NCBI GenBank assembly: GCA_002189035.1 | Contig: NEEC01000013.1 | Coordinates: 1 to 64,000, forward strand | DNA from: Utricularia gibba | Lineage: Eukaryota; Plantae; Magnoliophyta | Direction of reading: 5' to 3' | DNA: 64,000 nt | Part shown: one piece after another, positions 1-15,000 of the stretch | Layout of the letters: every line of letters begins with the position of its first letter | Position numbering within the stretch: position 1 is the first letter of the stretch | Position numbers and translations under genes: made by a program | The notes under the pieces: generated by a model | What the model was told of the DNA's origin: nothing | Database searches by the model: none | What the model saw: the letters and a program-made list of their open reading frames with translations, nothing else

Positions 1-3000
1 CCATCCACAATCTGGGTAAAAGGCATCCGGAGGTCAGGCATTGGAATGTCGTAAAGGTAGAGTATGCATGTTGCAAGGCGTGACCTGCTTGCGAAGCAAT
101 ACCGATCCATTCCACGTTACCCGCTTCTTTGCAAGCCTGGAGGGAGAATGGAATTTTGCATCAGGAGTGGATGCCATGGGGGTCGAATTATAAGGGGAGG
201 TGTGCGTTTGTTCCGTGAGCTATGTGGATTCGAAGCACAAGTGCTGGGTGGTCGAGTTATGGACTTTGGGTTAGGAGTGGCTACACTCTGGATCCACGAC
301 GATATGTTCTTCGATGCTCTATGACTCATTTCTCATTCAATGATGTCCACTCAATAGTAGCTTACGTGGCTCGCAACGTATGTTTGATATAGATGACATC
401 CTTTAACCTGTATGGTCGAAGGTTTTCTCCTCCCAAACGTATAGCGGCATGCCCACTTTCGTGTCCAAATATTCAGGAGGTCGGGGTGGTAGCCATCTAA
501 CGGCTGGATAGCACATCCACATCGTATGTGCTCCGTAGAATGAATCCGAAAATGTTAATGTTTCCAACGCACGTTGTTGGAGATCGGGAAAGTACATGGA
601 GTGTCTTGGCCACATTCTAGTATTCATTGGATGCTGGCTGAGTTTGTTGCACAACAAAACACCCTCAAACGAGTAGCGATGGTGCACCATGATCCGCCAT
701 GGAGTGAACTCGTGACTCCTCTGCGTAAGTCTCACTTTGTTTCCATGGAAGATCATAAGGGAAAGCAATAGGAAAAACTAAGAAGTAATCGTTGTGTTAC
801 AACCCTGCATCATTGATCCTGATGTACCCCTTCGTATCGTTGGACGACACATCAGTGGTGAAGTACTTGGTTAGAGTCCATGGGTTGGACTTTACGGTCC
901 TATGGACGTGCGCATCAGTGCTGGTCTAATCTCCACGCATCCTCATATCTTTCAACGGCCGCGATAATAGACCAACGGTCTCCTTGTCCAGTCCATTCGC
1001 TAAGGAGTCCAGAACACCTGAAGGTAACGGCAAAGCTTGCGAGGCCCGTCCAGCAACGGAGAAAAGAAAGGAAGTAGTGCGCATGGATGTGAACGCCTAA
1101 AAGAGCGTGGGAGTTTGCACTAGAGACCATCAACCCGTTGAATCGTGTCGATGCTTGAGGGAAGACGACCACCCATTCATCTTTGTACGTTGCATCGGAC
1201 CTGGTTGAAAGTGAGGACGGAAAATTGGCTACACTCGTAAAGGTGCACGAGCAGTATGCTGAATCGGATGATGGTCAAGCCGTTAGCATACGGAAAACAC
1301 ACTCGCGTGTTGCGCACGCGGCTTTAACGATTGCTTAACCGAGTGATCCTTCTCTATCTCCATCCACAATCTGGGTAAAAGGCATCCGGAGGTCAGGCAT
1401 TGGAATGTCGTAAGGTATGAAGTATGCATGTTGCAAGGCGTGACCTGCTTGCGAAGCAATACCGATCCATTCCACGTTACCCGCTTCTTTGCAAAGCCTG
1501 GAGGGAGAATGGAATTTTGCATCAGGAGTGGATGCCATGGGGGTCGAATTATAAGGGGACGTGTGCGTTTGTTCCGTGAGCTATGTGGATTCGAAGCACA
1601 AGTGCTGGGTGGTCGAGTTATGGACTTTGGGTTAGGAGTGGCTACACTCTGGATCCACGACCGATATGTTCTTCGATGCTCTATGACTCATTTCTCATTC
1701 AATGATGTCCACTCAATAGTAGCTTACGTGGCTCGCAACGTATGTTTGATATAGATGACATCCTTTAACCTGTATGGTCGAAGGTTTTCTCCTCCCAAAC
1801 GTATAGCGGCATGCCCACTTTCGTGTCCAAATATTCAGGAGGTCGGGGTGGTAGCCATCTAACGGCTGGATAGCACATCCACATCGTATGTGCTCCGTAG
1901 AATGAATCCGAAAATGTTAATGTTTCCAACGCACGTTGTTGGAGATCGGGAAAGTACATGGAGTGTCCTTGGCCACATTCTAGTATTCATTGGATGCTGG
2001 CTGAGTTTGTTGCACAACAAAACACCCTCAAACGAGTAGCGATGGTGCACCATGATCCGCCATGGAGTGAACTCGTGACTCCTCTGCGTAAGTCTCACTT
2101 TGTTTCCATGGAAGATCATAAGGGAAAGCAATAGGAAAAACTAAGAAGTACTTGGTATCGTTGGTGTTACAACCCTGCATCATTGATCCTGATGTACCCC
2201 CTTCGTATCGTTGGACGACACATCAGTGGTGAAGTACTTGGCTAGAGTCCATGGGTTGGACTTTACGGTCCTATGGACGTGCGCATCAGTGCTGGTCTAA
2301 TCTCCACGCATCCTCATATCTTTCAACGGCCGCGATAATAGACCAACGGTCTCCTTGTCCAGTCCATTCGCTAAGGAGTCCAGAACACCTGAAGGTAACG
2401 GCAAAGCTTGCGAGGCCCGTCCAGCAACGGAGAAAAGAAAGGAAGTAGTGCGCATGGATGTGAACGCCTAAAAGAGCGTGGGAGTTTGCACTAGAGACCA
2501 TCAACCCGTTGAATCGTGTCGATGCTTGAGGGAAGACGACCACCATTCATCTTTGTACGTTGCATCGGACCTGGTTGAAAGTGAGGACGGAAAATTGGCT
2601 ACACTCGTAAAGGTGCACGAGCAGTATGCTGAATCGGATGATGGTCAAGCCGTTAGCATACGGAAAACACACTCGCGTGTTGCGCACGCGGCTTTAACGA
2701 TTGCTTAACCGAGTGATCCTTCTCTATCTCCATCCACAATCTGGGTAAAAGGCATCCGGAGGTCAGGCATTGGAATGTCGTAAGGTATGAAGTATGCATG
2801 TTGCAAGGCGTGACCTGCTTGCGAAGCAATACCGATCCATTCCACGTTACCCGCTTCTTTGCAAAGCCTGGAGGGAGAATGGAATTTTGCATCAGGAGTG
2901 GATGCCATGGGGGTCGAATTATAAGGGGAGTGTGCGTTTGTTCCGTGAGCTATGTGGATTCGAAGCACAAGTGCTGGGTGGTCGAGTTATGGACTTTGGG

Positions 3001-6000
3001 TTAGGAGTGGCTACACTCTGGATCCACGACCGATATGTTCTTCGATGCTCTATGACTCATTTCTCATTCAATGATGTCCACTCAATAGTAGCTTACGTGG
3101 CTCGCAACGTATGTTTGATATAGATGACATCCTTTAACCTGTATGGTCGAAGGTTTTCTCCTCCCAAACGTATAGCGGCATGCCCACTTTCGTGTCCAAA
3201 TATTCAGGAGGTCGGGGTGGTAGCCATCTAACGGCTGGATAGCACATCCACATCGTATGTGCTCCGTAGAATGAATCCGAAAATGTTAATGTTTCCAACG
3301 CACGTTGTTGGAGATCGGGAAAGTACATGGAGTGTCCTTGGCCACATTCTAGTATTCATTGGATGCTGGCTGAGTTTGTTGCACAACAAAACACCCTCAA
3401 ACGAGTAGCGATGGTGCACCATGATCCGCCATGGAGTGAACTCGTGACTCCTCTGCGTAAGTCTCACTTTGTTTCCATGGAAGATCATAAGGGAAAGCAA
3501 TAGGAAAAACTAAGAAGTACTTGGTATCGTTGATGTTACAACCCTGCATCATTGATCCTGATGTACCCCCTTCGTATCGTTGGACGACACATCAGTGGTG
3601 AAGTACTTGGTAGAGTCCATGGGTTGGACTTTACGGTCCTATGGACGTGCGCATCAGTGCTGGTCTAATCTCCACGCATCCTCATATCTTTCAACGGCCG
3701 CGATAATAGACCAACGGTCTCCTTGTCCAGTCCATTCGCTAAGGAGTCCAGAACACCTGAAGGTAACGGCAAAGCTTGCGAGGCCCGTCCAGCAACGGAG
3801 AAAAGAAAGGAAGTAGTGCGCATGGATGTGAACGCCTAAAAGAGCGTGGGAGTTTGCACTAGAGACCATCAACCCGTTGAATCGTGTCGATGCTTGAGGG
3901 AAGACGACCACCCATTCATCTTTGTACGTTGCATCGGACCTGGTTGAAAGTGAGGACGGAAAATTGGCTACACTCGTAAAGGTGCACGAGCAGTATGCTG
4001 AATCGGATGATGGTCAAGCCGTTAGCATACGGAAAACACACTCGCGTGTTGCGCACGCGGCTTTAACGATTGCTTAACCGAGTGATCCCTTCTCTATCTC
4101 CATCCACAATCTGGGTAAAAGGCATCCGGAGGTCAGGCATTGGAATGTCGTAAGGTATGAAGTATGCATGTTGCAAGGCGTGACCTGCTTGCGAAGCAAT
4201 ACCGATCCATTCCACGTTACCGCTTCTTTGCAAAGCCTGGAGGGAGAATGGAATTTTGCATCAGGAGTGGATGCCATGGGGGTCGAATTATAAGGGGAGT
4301 GTGCGTTTGTTCCGTGAGCTATGTGGATTCGAAGCACAAGTGCTGGGTGGTCGAGTTATGGACTTTGGGTTAGGAGTGGCTACACTCTGGATCCACGACC
4401 GATATGTTCTTCGATGCTCTATGACTCATTTCTCATTCAATGATGTCCACTCAATAGTAGCTTACGTGGCTCGCAACGTATGTTTGATATAGATGACATC
4501 CTTTAACCTGTATGGTCGAAGGTTTTCTCCTCCCAAACGTATAGCGGCATGCCCACTTTCGTGTCCAAATATTCAGGAGGTCGGGGTGGTAGCCATCTAA
4601 CGGCTGGATAGCACATCCACATCGTATGTGCTCCGTAGAATGAATCCGAAAATGTTAATGTTTCCAACGCACGTTGTTGGAGATCGGGAAAGTACATGGA
4701 GTGTCCTTGGCCACATTCTAGTATTCATTGGATGCTGGCTGAGTTTGTTGCACAACAAAACACCCTCAAACGAGTAGCGATGGTGCACCATGATCCGCCA
4801 TGGAGTGAACTCGTGACTCCTCTGCGTAAGTCTCACTTTGTTTCCATGGAAGATCATAAGGGAAAGCAATAGGAAAAACTAAGAAGTACTTGGTATCGTT
4901 GATGTTACAACCCTGCATCATTGATCCTGATGTACCCCTTCGTATCGTTGGACGACACATCAGTGGTGAAGTACTTGGCTAGAGTCCATGGGTTGGACTT
5001 TACGGTCCTATGGACGTGCGCATCAGTGCTGGTCTAATCTCCACGCATCCTCATATCTTTCAACGGCCGCGATAATAGACCAACGGTCTCCTTGTCCAGT
5101 CCATTCGCTAAGGAGTCCAGAACACCTGAAGGTAACGGCAAAGCTTGCGAGGCCCGTCCAGCAACGGAGAAAAGAAAGGAAGTAGTGCGCATGGATGTGA
5201 ACGCCTAAAAGAGCGTGGGAGTTTGCACTAGAGACCATCAACCCGTTGAATCGTGTCGATGCTTGAGGGAAGACGACCACCCATTCATCTTTGTACGTTG
5301 CATCGGACCTGGTTGAAAGTGAGGACGGAAAATTGGCTACACTCGTAAAGGTGCACGAGCAGTATGCTGAATCGGATGATGGTCAAGCCGTTAGCATACG
5401 GAACACACTCGCGTGTTGCGCACGCGGCTTTAACGATTGCTTAACCGAGTGATCCCTTCTCTATCTCCATCCACAATCTGGGTAAAAGGCATCCGGAGGT
5501 CAGGCATTGGAATGTCGTAAGGTATGAAGTATGCATGTTGCAAGGCGTGACCTGCTTGCGAAGCAATACCGATCCATTCCACGTTACCCGCTTCTTTGCA
5601 AAGCCTGGAGGGAGAATGGAATTTTGCATCAGGAGTGGATGCCATGGGGGTCGAATTATAAGGGGAGGTGTGCGTTTGTTCCGTGAGCTATGTGGATTCG
5701 AAGCACAAGTGCTGGGTGGTCGAGTTATGGACTTTGGGTTAGGAGTGGCTACACTCTGGATCCACGACCGATATGTTCTTCGATGCTCTATGACTCATTT
5801 CTCATTCAATGATGTCCACTCAATAGTAGCTTACGTGGCTCGCAACGTATGTTTGATATAGATGACATCCTTTAACCTGTATGGTCGAAGGTTTTCTCCT
5901 CCCAAACGTATAGCGGCATGCCCACTTTCGTGTCCAAATATTCAGGAGGTCGGGGTGGTAGCCATCTAACGGCTGGATAGCACATCCACATCGTATGTGC

Positions 6001-9000
6001 TCCGTAGAATGAATCCGAAAATGTTAATGTTTCCAACGCACGTTGTTGGAGATCGGGAAAGTACATGGAGTGTCCTTGGCCACATTCTAGTATTCATTGG
6101 ATGCTGGCTGAGTTTGTTGCACAACAAAACACCCTCAAACGAGTAGCGATGGTGCACCATGATCCGCCATGGAGTGAACTCGTGACTCCTCTGCGTAAGT
6201 CTCACTTTGTTTCCATGGAAGATCATAAGGGAAAGCAATAGGAAAAACTAAGAAGTACTTGGTATCGTTGATGTTACAACCCTGCATCATTGATCCTGAT
6301 GTACCCCCTTCGTATCGTTGGACGACACATCAGTGGTGAAGTACTTGGTAGAGTCCATGGGTTGGACTTTACGGTCCTATGGACGTGCGCATCAGTGCTG
6401 GTCTAATCTCCACGCATCCTCATATCTTTCAACGGCCGCGATAATAGACCAACGGTCTCCTTGTCCAGTCCATTCGCTAAGGAGTCCAGAACACCTGAAG
6501 GTAACGGCAAAGCTTGCGAGGCCCGTCCAGCAACGGAGAAAAGAAAGGAAGTAGTGCGCATGGATGTGAACGCCTAAAAGAGCGTGGGAGTTTGCACTAG
6601 AGACCATCAACCGTTGAATCGTGTCGATGCTTGAGGGACGACCACCCATTCATCTTTGTACGTTGCATCGGACCTGGTTGAAAGTGAGGACGGAAAATTG
6701 GCTACACTCGTAAAGGTGCACGAGCAGTATGCTGAATCGGATGATGGTCAAGCCGTTAGCATACGGAAAACACACTCGCGTGTTGCGCACGCGGCTTTAA
6801 CGATTGCTTAACCGAGTGATCCCTTCTCTATCTCCATCCACAATCTGGGTAAAAGGCATCCGGAGGTCAGGCATTGGAATGTCGTAAGGTATGAAGTATG
6901 CATGTTGCAAGGCGTGACCTGCTTGCGAAGCAATACCGATCCATTCCACGTTACCCGCTTCTTTGCAAAGCCTGGAGGGAGAATGGAATTTTGCATCAGG
7001 AGTGGATGCCATGGGGGTCGAATTATAAGGGGAGTGTGCGTTTGTTCCGTGAGCTATGTGGATTCGAAGCACAAGTGCTGGGTGGTCGAGTTATGGACTT
7101 TGGGTTAGGAGTGGCTACACTCTGGATCCACGACCGATATGTTCTTCGATGCTCTATGACTCATTTCTCATTCAATGATGTCCACTCAATAGTAGCTTAC
7201 GTGGCTCGCAACGTATGTTTGATATAGATGACATCCTTTAACTGTATGGTCGAAGGTTTTCTCCTCCCAAACGTATAGCGGCATGCCCACTTTCGTGTCC
7301 AAATATTCAGGAGGTCGGGGTGGTAGCCATCTAACGGCTGGATAGCACATCCACATCGTATGTGCTCCGTAGAATGAATCCGAAAATGTTAATGTTTCCA
7401 ACGCACGTTGTTGGAGATCGGGAAAGTACATGGAGTGTCCTTGGCCACATTCTAGTATTCATTGGATGCTGGCTGAGTTTGTTGCACAACAAAACACCCT
7501 CAAACGAGTAGCGATGGTGCACCATGATCCGCCATGGAGTGAACTCGTGACTCCTCTGCGTAAGTCTCACTTTGTTTCCATGGAAGATCATAAGGGAAAG
7601 CAATAGGAAAAACTAAGAAGTATGGTATCGTTGGTGTTACAACCCTGCATCATTGATCCTGATGTACCCCTTCGTATCGTTGGACGACACATCAGTGGTG
7701 AAGTACTTGGCTAGAGTCCATGGGTTGGACTTACGGTCCTATGGACGTGCGCATCAGTGCTGGTCTAATCTCCACGCATCCTCATATCTTTCAACGGCCG
7801 CGATAATAGACCAACGGTCTCCTTGTCCAGTCCATTCGCTAAGGAGTCCAGAACACCTGAAGGTAACGGCAAAGCTTGCGAGGCCCGTCCAGCAACGGAG
7901 AAAGAAAGGAAGTAGTGCGCATGGATGTGAACGCCTAAAAGAGCGTGGGAGTTTGCACTAGAGACCATCAACCCGTTGAATCGTGTCGATGCTTGAGGGA
8001 AGACGACCACCCATTCATCTTTGTACGTTGCATCGGACCTGGTTGAAAGTGAGGACGGAAAATTGGCTACACTCGTAAAGGTGCACGAGCAGTATGCTGA
8101 ATCGGATGATGGTCAAGCCGTTAGCATACGGAAAACACACTCGCGTGTTGCGCACGCGGCTTTAACGATTGCTTAACCGAGTGATCCCTTCTCTATCCAT
8201 CCACAATCTGGGTAAAAGGCATCCGGAGGTCAGGCATTGGAATGTCGTAAGGTATGAAGTATGCATGTTGCAAGGCGTGACCTGCTTGCGAAGCAATACC
8301 GATCCATTCCACGTTACCCGCTTCTTTGCAAAGCCTGGAGGGAGAATGGAATTTTGCATCAGGAGTGGATGCCATGGGGGTCGAATTATAAGGGGAGTGT
8401 GCGTTTGTTCCGTGAGCTATGTGGATTCGAAGCACAAGTGCTGGGTGGTCGAGTTATGGACTTTGGGTTAGGAGTGGCTACACTCTGGATCCACGACCGA
8501 TATGTTCTTCGATGCTCTATGACTCATTTCTCATTCAATGATGTCCACTCAATAGTAGCTTACGTGGCTCGCAACGTATGTTTGATATAGATGACATCCT
8601 TTAACCTGTATGGTCGAAGGTTTTCTCCTCCCAAACGTATAGCGGCATGCCCACTTTCGTGTCCAAATATTCAGGAGGTCGGGGTGGTAGCCATCTAACG
8701 GCTGGATAGCACATCCACATCGTATGTGCTCCGTAGAATGAATCCGAAAATGTTAATGTTTCCAACGCACGTTGTTGGAGATCGGGAAAGTACATGGAGT
8801 GTCCTTGGCCACATTCTAGTATTCATTGGATGCTGGCTGAGTTTGTTGCACAACAAAACACCCTCAAACGAGTAGCGATGGTGCACCATGATCCGCCATG
8901 GAGTGAACTCGTGACTCCTCTGCGTAAGTCTCACTTTGTTTCCATGGAAGATCATAAGGGAAAGCAATAGGAAAAACTAAGAAGTACTTGGTATCGTTGG

Positions 9001-12000
9001 TGTTACAACCCTGCATCATTGATCCTGATGTACCCCCTTCGTATCGTTGGACGACACATCAGTGGTGAAGTACTTGGTTAGAGTCCATGGGTTGGACTTT
9101 ACGGTCCTATGGACGTGCGCATCAGTGCTGGTCTAATCTCCACGCATCCTCATATCTTTCAACGGCCGCGATAATAGACCAACGGTCTCCTTGTCCAGTC
9201 CATTCGCTAAGGAGTCCAGAACACCTGAAGGTAACGGCAAAGCTTGCGAGGCCCGTCCAGCAACGGAGAAAAGAAAGGAAGTAGTGCGCATGGATGTGAA
9301 CGCCTAAAAGAGCGTGGGAGTTTGCACTAGAGACCATCAACCCGTTGAATCGTGTCGATGCTTGAGGGAAGACGACCACCCATTCATCTTTGTACGTTGC
9401 ATCGGACCTGGTTGAAAGTGAGGACGGAAAATTGGCTACACTCGTAAAGGTGCACGAGCAGTATGCTGAATCGGATGATGGTCAAGCCGTTAGCATACGG
9501 AAAACACACTCGCGTGTTGCGCACGCGGCTTTAACGATTGCTTAACCGAGTGATCCCTTCTCTATCTCCATCCACAATCTGGGTAAAAGGCATCCGGAGG
9601 TCAGGCATTGGAATGTCGTAAGGTATGAAGTATGCATGTTGCAAGGCGTGACCTGCTTGCGAAGCAATACCGATCCATTCCACGTTACCCGCTTCTTTGC
9701 AAAGCCTGGAGGGAGAATGGAATTTTGCATCAGGAGTGGATGCCATGGGGGTCGAATTATAAGGGGAGGTGTGCGTTTGTTCCGTGAGCTATGTGGATTC
9801 GAAGCACAAGTGCTGGGTGGTCGAGTTATGGACTTTGGGTTAGGAGTGGCTACACTCTGGATCCACGACCGATATGTTCTTCGATGCTCTATGACTCATT
9901 TCTCATTCAATGATGTCCACTCAATAGTAGCTTACGTGGCTCGCAACGTATGTTTGATATAGATGACATCCTTTAACCTGTATGGTCGAAGGTTTTCTCC
10001 TCCCAAACGTATAGCGGCATGCCCACTTTCGTGTCCAAATATTCAGGAGGTCGGGGTGGTAGCCATCTAACGGCTGGATAGCACATCCACATCGTATGTG
10101 CTCCGTAGAATGAATCCGAAAATGTTAATGTTTCCAACGCACGTTGTTGGAGATCGGGAAAGTACATGGAGTGTCCTTGGCCACATTCTAGTATTCATTG
10201 GATGCTGGCTGAGTTTGTTGCACAACAAAACACCCTCAAACGAGTAGCGATGGTGCACCATGATCCGCCATGGAGTGAACTCGTGACTCCTCTGCGTAAG
10301 TCTCACTTTGTTTCCATGGAAGATCATAAGGGAAAGCAATAGGAAAAACTAAGAAGTATGGTATCGTTGGTGTTACAACCCTGCATCATTGATCCTGATG
10401 TACCCCTTCGTATCGTTGGACGACACATCAGTGGTGAAGTACTTGGTTAGAGTCCATGGGTTGGACTTTACGGTCCTATGGACGTGCGCATCAGTGCTGG
10501 TCTAATCTCCACGCATCCTCATATCTTTCAACGGCCGCGATAATAGACCAACGGTCTCCTTGTCCAGTCCATTCGCTAAGGAGTCCAGAACACCTGAAGG
10601 TAACGGCAAAGCTTGCGAGGCCCGTCCAGCAACGGAGAAAAGAAAGGAAGTAGTGCGCATGGATGTGAACGCCTAAAAGAGCGTGGGAGTTTGCACTAGA
10701 GACCATCAACCCGTTGAATCGTGTCGATGCTTGAGGGAAGACGACCACCCATTCATCTTTGTACGTTGCATCGGACCTGGTTGAAAGTGAGGACGGAAAA
10801 TTGGCTACACTCGTAAGGTGCACGAGCAGTATGCTCAATCGGATGATGGTCAAGCCGTTAGCATACGGAAAACACACTCGCGTGTTGCGCACGCGGCTTT
10901 AACGATTGCTTAACCGAGTGATCCCTTCTCTATCTCCATCCACAATCTGGGTAAAAGGCATCCGGAGGTCAGGCATTGGAATGTCGTAAGGTATGAAGTA
11001 TGCATGTTGCAAGGCGTGACCTGCTTGCGAAGCAATACCGATCCATTCCACGTTACCCGCTTCTTTGCAAAGCCTGGAGGGAGAATGGAATTTGCATCAG
11101 GAGTGGATGCCATGGGGGTCGAATTATAAGGGGAGGTGTGCGTTTGTTCCGTGAGCTATGTGGATTCGAAGCACAAGTGCTGGGTGGTCGAGTTATGGAC
11201 TTTGGGTTAGGAGTGGCTACACTCTGGATCCACGACGATATGTTCTTCGATGCTCTATGACTCATTTCTCATTCAATGATGTCCACTCAATAGTAGCTTA
11301 CGTGGCTCGCAACGTATGTTTGATATAGATGACATCCTTTAAACTGTATGGTCGAAGGTTTTCTCCTCCCAAACGTATAGCGGCATGCCACTTTCGTGTC
11401 CAAATATTCAGGAGGTCGGGGTGGTAGCCATCTAACGGCTGGATAGCACATCCACATCGTATGTGCTCCGTAGAATGAATCCGAAAATGTTAATGTTTCC
11501 AACGCACGTTGTTGGAGATCGGGAAAGTACATGGAGTGTCCTTGGCCACATTCTAGTATTCATTGGATGCTGGCTGAGTTTGTTGCACAACAAAACCCCT
11601 CAAACGAGTAGCGATGGTGCACCATGATCCGCCATGGAGTGAACTCGTGACTCCTCTGCGTAAGTCTCACTTTGTTTCCATGGAAGATCATAAGGGAAAG
11701 CAATAGGAAAAACTAAGAAGTACTGGGATCGTTGATGTTACAACCCTGCATCATTGATCCTGATGTACCCCCTTCGTATCGTTGGACGACACATCAGTGG
11801 TGAAGTACTTGGTTAGAGTCCATGGGTTGGACTTTACGGTCCTATGGACGTGCGCATCAGTGCTGGTCTAATCTCCACGCATCCTCATATCTTTCAACGG
11901 CCGCGATAATAGACCAACGGTCTCCTTGTCCAGTCCATTCGCTAAGGAGTCCAGAACACCTGAAGGTAACGGCAAAGCTTGCGAGGCCCGTCCAGCAACG

Positions 12001-15000
12001 GAGAAAAGAAAGGAAGTAGTGCGCATGGATGTGAACGCCCTAAAAGAGTGGGAGTTTGCACTAGAGACCATCAACCCGTTGAATCGTGTCGATGCTTGAG
12101 GGAAGACGACCACCCATTCATCTTTGTACGTTGCATCGGACCTGGTTGAAAGTGAGGACGGAAAATTGGCTACACTCGTAAGGTGCACGAGCAGTATGCT
12201 GAATCGGATGATGGTCAAGCCGTTAGCATACGGAAAACACACTCGCGTGTTGCGCACGCGGCTTTAACGATTGCTTAACCGAGTGATCCCTTCTCTATCT
12301 CCATCCACAATCTGGGTAAAAGGCATCCGGAGGTCAGGCATTGGAATGTCGTAAGGTATGAAGTATGCATGTTGCAAGGCGTGACCTGCTTGCGAAGCAA
12401 TACCGATCCATTCCACGTTACCCGCTTCTTTGCAAAGCCTGGAGGGAGAATGGAATTTTGCATCAGGAGTGGATGCCATGGGGGTCGAATTATAAGGGGA
12501 GTGTGCGTTTGTTCCGTGAGCTATGTGGATTCGAAGCACAAGTGCTGGGTGGTCGAGTTATGGACTTTGGGTTAGGAGTGGCTACACTCTGGATCCACGA
12601 CCGATATGTTCTTCGATGCTCTATGACTCATTTCTCATTCAATGATGTCCACTCAATAGTAGCTTACGTGGCTCGCAACGTATGTTTGATATAGATGACA
12701 TCCTTTAACCTGTATGGTCGAAGGTTTTCTCCTCCCAAACGTATAGCGGCATGCCCACTTTCGTGTCCAAATATTCAGGAGGTCGGGGTGGTAGCCATCT
12801 AACGGCTGGATAGCACATCCACATCGTATGTGCTCCGTAGAATGAATCCGAAAATGTTAATGTTTCCAACGCACGTTGTTGGAGATCGGGAAAGTACATG
12901 GAGTGTCCTTGGCCACATTCTAGTATTCATTGGATGCTGGCTGAGTTTGTTGCACAACAAAACACCTCAAACGAGTAGCGATGGTGCACCATGATCCGCC
13001 ATGGAGTGAACTCGTGACTCCTCTGCGTAAGTCTCACTTTGTTTCCATGGAAGATCATAAGGGAAAGCAATAGGAAAAACTAAGAAGTACTTGGATCGTT
13101 GATGTTACAACCCTGCATCATTGATCCTGATGTACCCCCTTCGTATCGTTGGACGACACATCAGTGGTGAAGTACTTGGTTAGAGTCCATGGGTTGGACT
13201 TACGGTCCTATGGACGTGCGCATCAGTGCTGGTCTAATCTCCACGCATCCTCATATCTTTCAACGGCCGCGATAATAGACCAACGGTCTCCTTGTCCAGT
13301 CCATTCGCTAAGGAGTCCAGAACACCTGAAGGTAACGGCAAAGCTTGCGAGGCCCGTCCAGCAACGGAGAAAAGAAAGGAAGTAGTGCGCATGGATGTGA
13401 ACGCCTAAAGAGCGTGGGAGTTTGCACTAGAGACCATCAACCCGTTGAATCGTGTCGATGCTTGAGGGAAGACGACCACCCATTCATCTTTGTACGTTGC
13501 ATCGGACCTGGTTGAAAGTGAGGACGGAAAATTGGCTACACTCGTAAAGGTGCACGAGCAGTATGCTGAATCGGATGATGGTCAAGCCGTTAGCATACGG
13601 AAAACACACTCGCGTGTTGCGCACGCGCTTTAACGATTGCTTAACCGAGTGATCCCTTCTCTATCTCCATCCACAATCTGGGTAAAAGGCATCCGGAGGT
13701 CAGGCATTGGAATGTCGTAAGGTATGAAGTATGCATGTTGCAAGGCGTGACCTGCTTGCGAAGCAATACCGATCCATTCCACGTTACCCGCTTCTTTGCA
13801 AAGCCTGGAGGGAGAATGGAATTTTGCATCAGGAGTGGATGCCATGGGGGTCGAATTATAAGGGGAGGTGTGCGTTTGTTCCGTGAGCTATGTGGATTCG
13901 AAGCACAAGTGCTGGGTGGTCGAGTTATGGACTTTGGGTTAGGAGTGGCTACACTCTGGATCCACGACGATATGTTCTTCGATGCTCTATGACTCATTTC
14001 TCATTCAATGATGTCCACTCAATAGTAGCTTACGTGGCTCGCAACGTATGTTTGATATAGATGACATCCTTTAACCTGTATGGTCGAAGGTTTTCTCCTC
14101 CCAAACGTATAGCGGCATGCCCACTTTCGTGTCCAAATATTCAGGAGGTCGGGGTGGTAGCCATCTAACGGCTGGATAGCACATCCACATCGTATGTGCT
14201 CCGTAGAATGAATCCGAAAATGTTAATGTTTCCAACGCACGTTGTTGGAGATCGGGAAAGTACATGGAGTGTCCTTGGCCACATTCTAGTATTCATTGGA
14301 TGCTGGCTGAGTTTGTTGCACAACAAAACACCCTCAAACGAGTAGCGATGGTGCACCATGATCCGCCATGGAGTGAACTCGTGACTCCTCTGCGTAAGTC
14401 TCACTTTGTTTCCATGGAAGATCATAAGGGAAAGCAATAGGAAAAACTAAGAAGTACTGGTATCGTTGATGTTACAACCCTGCATCATTGATCCTGATGT
14501 ACCCCTTCGTATCGTTGGACGACACATCAGTGGTGAAGTACTTGGTTAGAGTCATGGGTTGGACTTTACGGTCCTATGGACGTGCGCATCAGTGCTGGTC
14601 TAATCTCCACGCATCCTCATATCTTTCAACGGCCGCGATAATAGACCAACGGTCTCCTTGTCCAGTCCATTCGCTAAGGAGTCCAGAACACCTGAAGGTA
14701 ACGGCAAAGCTTGCGAGGCCCGTCCAGCAACGGAGAAAAGAAAGGAAGTAGTGCGCATGGATGTGAACGCCTAAAAGAGCGTGGGAGTTTGCACTAGAGA
14801 CCATCAACCCGTTGAATCGTGTCGATGCTTGAGGGAAGACGACCACCCATTCATCTTTGTACGTTGCATCGGACCTGGTTGAAAGTGAGGACGGAAAATT
14901 GGCTACACTCGTAAAGGTGCACGAGCAGTATGCTGAATCGGATGATGGTCAAGCCGTTAGCATACGGAAAACACACTCGCGTGTTGCGCACGCGGCTTTA

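Noticed and set aside
1765-1959. VGMPLYVWEEKTFDH resembles plant LINE ORF1 (GLPLHLW...F..IG)
   Set aside because: Similarity is confined to ~12 residues, there is no DUF4283 or zinc-knuckle context, and the frame is closed in the relic copies. A profile search would be needed to revive it.
2150-2180. TGGTATC (PBS-like) and TGTTACAACCC (LTR-start-like) in the monomer, suggesting tandem TRIM/LTR units
   Set aside because: The PBS match is only 7 nt and lies in the variable site; there is no AGAGC continuation, no paired LTRs and no PPT within the unit.
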